DNA of 64,000 nt from positions 1-64,000 of the IMG/VR virus record IMGVR_UViG_3300035183_000096, one strand, 5' to 3'. How positions within the stretch are numbered: position 1 is the first letter of the stretch; the number at the start of each line of letters is the position of its first letter. Position numbers and translations under genes: made by a program. The stretch comes from a virus. Shown here piece after piece: positions 61,547 to 64,000 of the stretch. The notes beneath the pieces were generated by a model. The model had not been told where the DNA came from. It saw only the letters and a program-made list of their open reading frames with translations, and searched no databases.

Positions 61547-62206
61547 TTACATATATTCCAAACTTGCATAAAGCCCAAATTTATCTTTACTACCAATACT
61601 TGTTGGTGTTGCAGACATAGCCAAGAACCAATCGTGAATAGTGTCGCCCGTACCACCATTGATTGGGTTTGACCATGAACCAAAGCCACCCATTCCTGGA
61701 TTAGGAGTTAGACTTAAGGTTACAGCACTTCCATAAATCTCAATCCAACCACTATCACCCTTACCTGAGCTAGTAGCACTTACACCAGATGCGCCAGATG
61801 GCTTAATAATTTCAGCTAAGAAGCAACGTACACCGCTTGGAGGATTATCAATGTTGCTTCTATCGAAAATTCTAACCACAACGTTATCTACTTCAACAGC
61901 AGAACTGTGTGAGAATCTAATTTTGCAAGTAGCTTCTTCATTATATAGGTACAATAAAGGAATGGTGCCTGTACCACGATTGTTGTTAATTACGTTAGAA
62001 CTCGATAATGGAACCGCTCTATTATTATTAAGAGCGCCACCGTTAGCAGTACCAACACTGTTTGTAATATAAGTAGTACCTTGAAACTCATTGACTTTTA
62101 CACTAGCGCCAAAGCCGGCGTCACCATAAAAACCAATACCAGAGCCACCTAAATCGGTTAAGGTAGAACCACCTCCACCTATACCATAAAATGTAATTGC
62201 AGCCAT
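61547..62206 (-). CDS. probable virion structural protein
   Basis: Gly/Ser-rich beta-type sequence; GTGTATTA motif upstream. Confidence 0.55.
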   Translation of the reverse strand: MAAITFYGIGGGGSTLTDLGGSGIGFYGDAGFGASVKVNEFQGTTYITNSVGTANGGALNNNRAVPLSSSNVINNNRGTGTIPLLYLYNEEATCKIRFSHSSAVEVDNVVVRIFDRSNIDNPPSGVRCFLAEIIKPSGASGVSATSSGKGDSGWIEIYGSAVTLSLTPNPGMGGFGSWSNPINGGTGDTIHDWFLAMSATPTSIGSKDKFGLYASLEYM

Positions 62207-62275
62207 ACAGTATTATCCTCATGTAAATAAGCGAATTACTACACCTAATTTAATACACTAATGTAATGCACACCT

Positions 62276-63943
62276 TTAGCAATTAGCTGCAATTACTACG
62301 AACTTATTAGCCTGTGGTAGATAGCCACACAAAACTTTTGTTTTCTCACTTATAACAGCACTAGACCAGTTGTAAACTTCCATTGTTCCATCCAAACCTA
62401 TACTATTGCTTAATTTCTTATCATCTAAGCCTAACAGCCGTATCTTAGCTTTTGGCCATTTATCCTTTTTATATACTCTTGGGTCTGAGTCACATGCGTC
62501 TAAGTCTTCGAGCAAATACCCATAAACTGTACCGTGTGGTGTCCATACGCCACGCATATCATCCCAAAGTAAATCAACTGGTCCTGTTCTATATTTCATA
62601 ATATCGCGTCTATCTTCTTCGTTTAGATAGTCTCTAGCAACTTCCCAATCGCCATTATTTTTTACAGTATCTTGAGCAGAACGACAATATATGTTAAAAC
62701 CATATCCACTTACAATTAGCGGTCCCTTAAGACCAATAGCCCTTACATTATCACCAGTTTTTGATTGTCTTGAATACGTTATTGTCTTAGTTTTATAGTT
62801 ATAATCAAAACTCTTCATATCTTTATTGAAGGTTGTGCCTCTTGAATAAACTATAATATCATTATCTTGCCTAAATGGATTTAGCGTTTGGCAAGTCATT
62901 TTACGGTCATCATTTTTAAGCTGAAGAATAGGCTCAATAAACGCTGGCATATACTCATCATCTTTCTTTGTGGAATATGGACGAAGTAAGCCGTTAATAG
63001 ACATCATAGCTGTTTGTTGAAAATGAGAATTATCCCTTGGGTTAATTGATGCTAAAGCATCGCCTGGAGTCATTGCAGCAACTTCAGAGTAACCCTTGTC
63101 AGTTATGTTATAATGTGTAGCAAACAAAATAGCATGTGGGCTTTTAGTATTTATTGCTGAGTGCATACCGTCACGATAGGCTTGATAAATAGTAATAACA
63201 TTATCATAGAACTTATGAAAGGCTTCACGGGCACGTGCCCTAACCGTCTGTATGCCTCTTCCTATCCTAGCCAACCTTTCTTCCTGTTTTTTGCTTAGAC
63301 TGCCTAGAAATCTATAGTCAAATGTCTTGAGCTTATAAGATGTTACCGCTCCCTGTTGACCTATACTTACGTCTATACCTGTAATATTAGAACCAGCAGC
63401 CACCAAGTTGTCTCCTAAACTAAACGCTGGCAAACCAGCAACTCTTACATCGCCCGCTTCACTTACCAGTAAGTTTGTAGCACTAGAGAATAACTTAGAT
63501 ACGGCTGCCAAATGCATACCAGCATATCCACCAAAATTCCAAGGGGCTAAATTAGTGTCTTGTTCAAATTCGGAGCGTCCGATAGCGCCGTTTAAGAACC
63601 AAAAACCAACGCCCGCAGGTCCACCACCATAGGTTATCAAATTATTACGAATAGGTACAGCAATAGCTGCCGGCATTAAGCATTTAGCCGGAATGCCTAT
63701 ACCATTAGTTGGAACCATATTTGTACTTAAGAATTTTAATGTTGGTGCTGTGTTGAAACCATTACCAAAAATTGCGGGAATAGATTCTTCTATGTTATAA
63801 GGATATTTATATACTGCTGTTATTGTCTGAGATAGATTTACTATTACATGGGGAAATGGCGAGTATTTTATGCCGCCATCTATAGAAGCCTGAACATAAG
63901 CCCCATTAGACTGTAACACGCTACTCCTACTAACGGCTGACAT
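62276..63943 (-). CDS. probable tail/baseplate protein (C-terminal part; may extend beyond the window)
   Basis: LAPWNFGGY, ITGIDVSIG..GAVTSY, GPVDLLWDD; long ORF near the window edge. Confidence 0.55.
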   Translation of the reverse strand: MSAVSRSSVLQSNGAYVQASIDGGIKYSPFPHVIVNLSQTITAVYKYPYNIEESIPAIFGNGFNTAPTLKFLSTNMVPTNGIGIPAKCLMPAAIAVPIRNNLITYGGGPAGVGFWFLNGAIGRSEFEQDTNLAPWNFGGYAGMHLAAVSKLFSSATNLLVSEAGDVRVAGLPAFSLGDNLVAAGSNITGIDVSIGQQGAVTSYKLKTFDYRFLGSLSKKQEERLARIGRGIQTVRARAREAFHKFYDNVITIYQAYRDGMHSAINTKSPHAILFATHYNITDKGYSEVAAMTPGDALASINPRDNSHFQQTAMMSINGLLRPYSTKKDDEYMPAFIEPILQLKNDDRKMTCQTLNPFRQDNDIIVYSRGTTFNKDMKSFDYNYKTKTITYSRQSKTGDNVRAIGLKGPLIVSGYGFNIYCRSAQDTVKNNGDWEVARDYLNEEDRRDIMKYRTGPVDLLWDDMRGVWTPHGTVYGYLLEDLDACDSDPRVYKKDKWPKAKIRLLGLDDKKLSNSIGLDGTMEVYNWSSAVISEKTKVLCGYLPQANKFVVIAANC

Positions 63944-64000
63944 TGCATCAATACGTTTATCATTAAAATAGGCGAAACTACCTAATCTAAAACTAGACTG

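Noticed and set aside
1-64000. Alternative genetic code (stop-codon reassignment)
   Set aside because: Conserved genes are full-length in the standard code and end in TAA, TAG and TGA; no suppressor tRNA seen (the UGA-anticodon tRNA is Ser).

Overview
A 64-kb segment of a large, AT-rich dsDNA (jumbo-type) bacteriophage genome in the standard genetic code; several proteins suggest a Planctomycetota host (recollection, unverified). Order: end of a tRNA array with interspersed structured non-coding RNAs (0.2-2.1 kb); Hsp20, a cupin and probable virion genes; a Ro60/TROVE gene with its own sigma70 promoter followed by a permuted tRNA-like Y RNA and terminator; a tRNA nucleotidyltransferase; an HNH-ThyX fusion; a phage sigma factor; a membrane/secreted-protein block with a papain-like peptidase; class II ribonucleotide reductase; a replication block (RecA-like, DnaB, primase, dNMP kinase, exonuclease, dUTPase, DnaE split into two genes with a mini-intein, UDG, DEDDh exonuclease, SSB); a long glycosyltransferase array containing phoH; and convergent minus-strand virion genes. 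The most unusual signals are non-coding: a tRNA scaffold whose anticodon loop is replaced by a near-consensus sigma70 promoter, two tRNA-Ile(UAU) genes, a ~208-nt 6S-like RNA candidate, the Ro60-Y RNA module and a recurring GTGTA(T/A) candidate late-promoter motif. All calls were made by eye, with no database searches or folding software.
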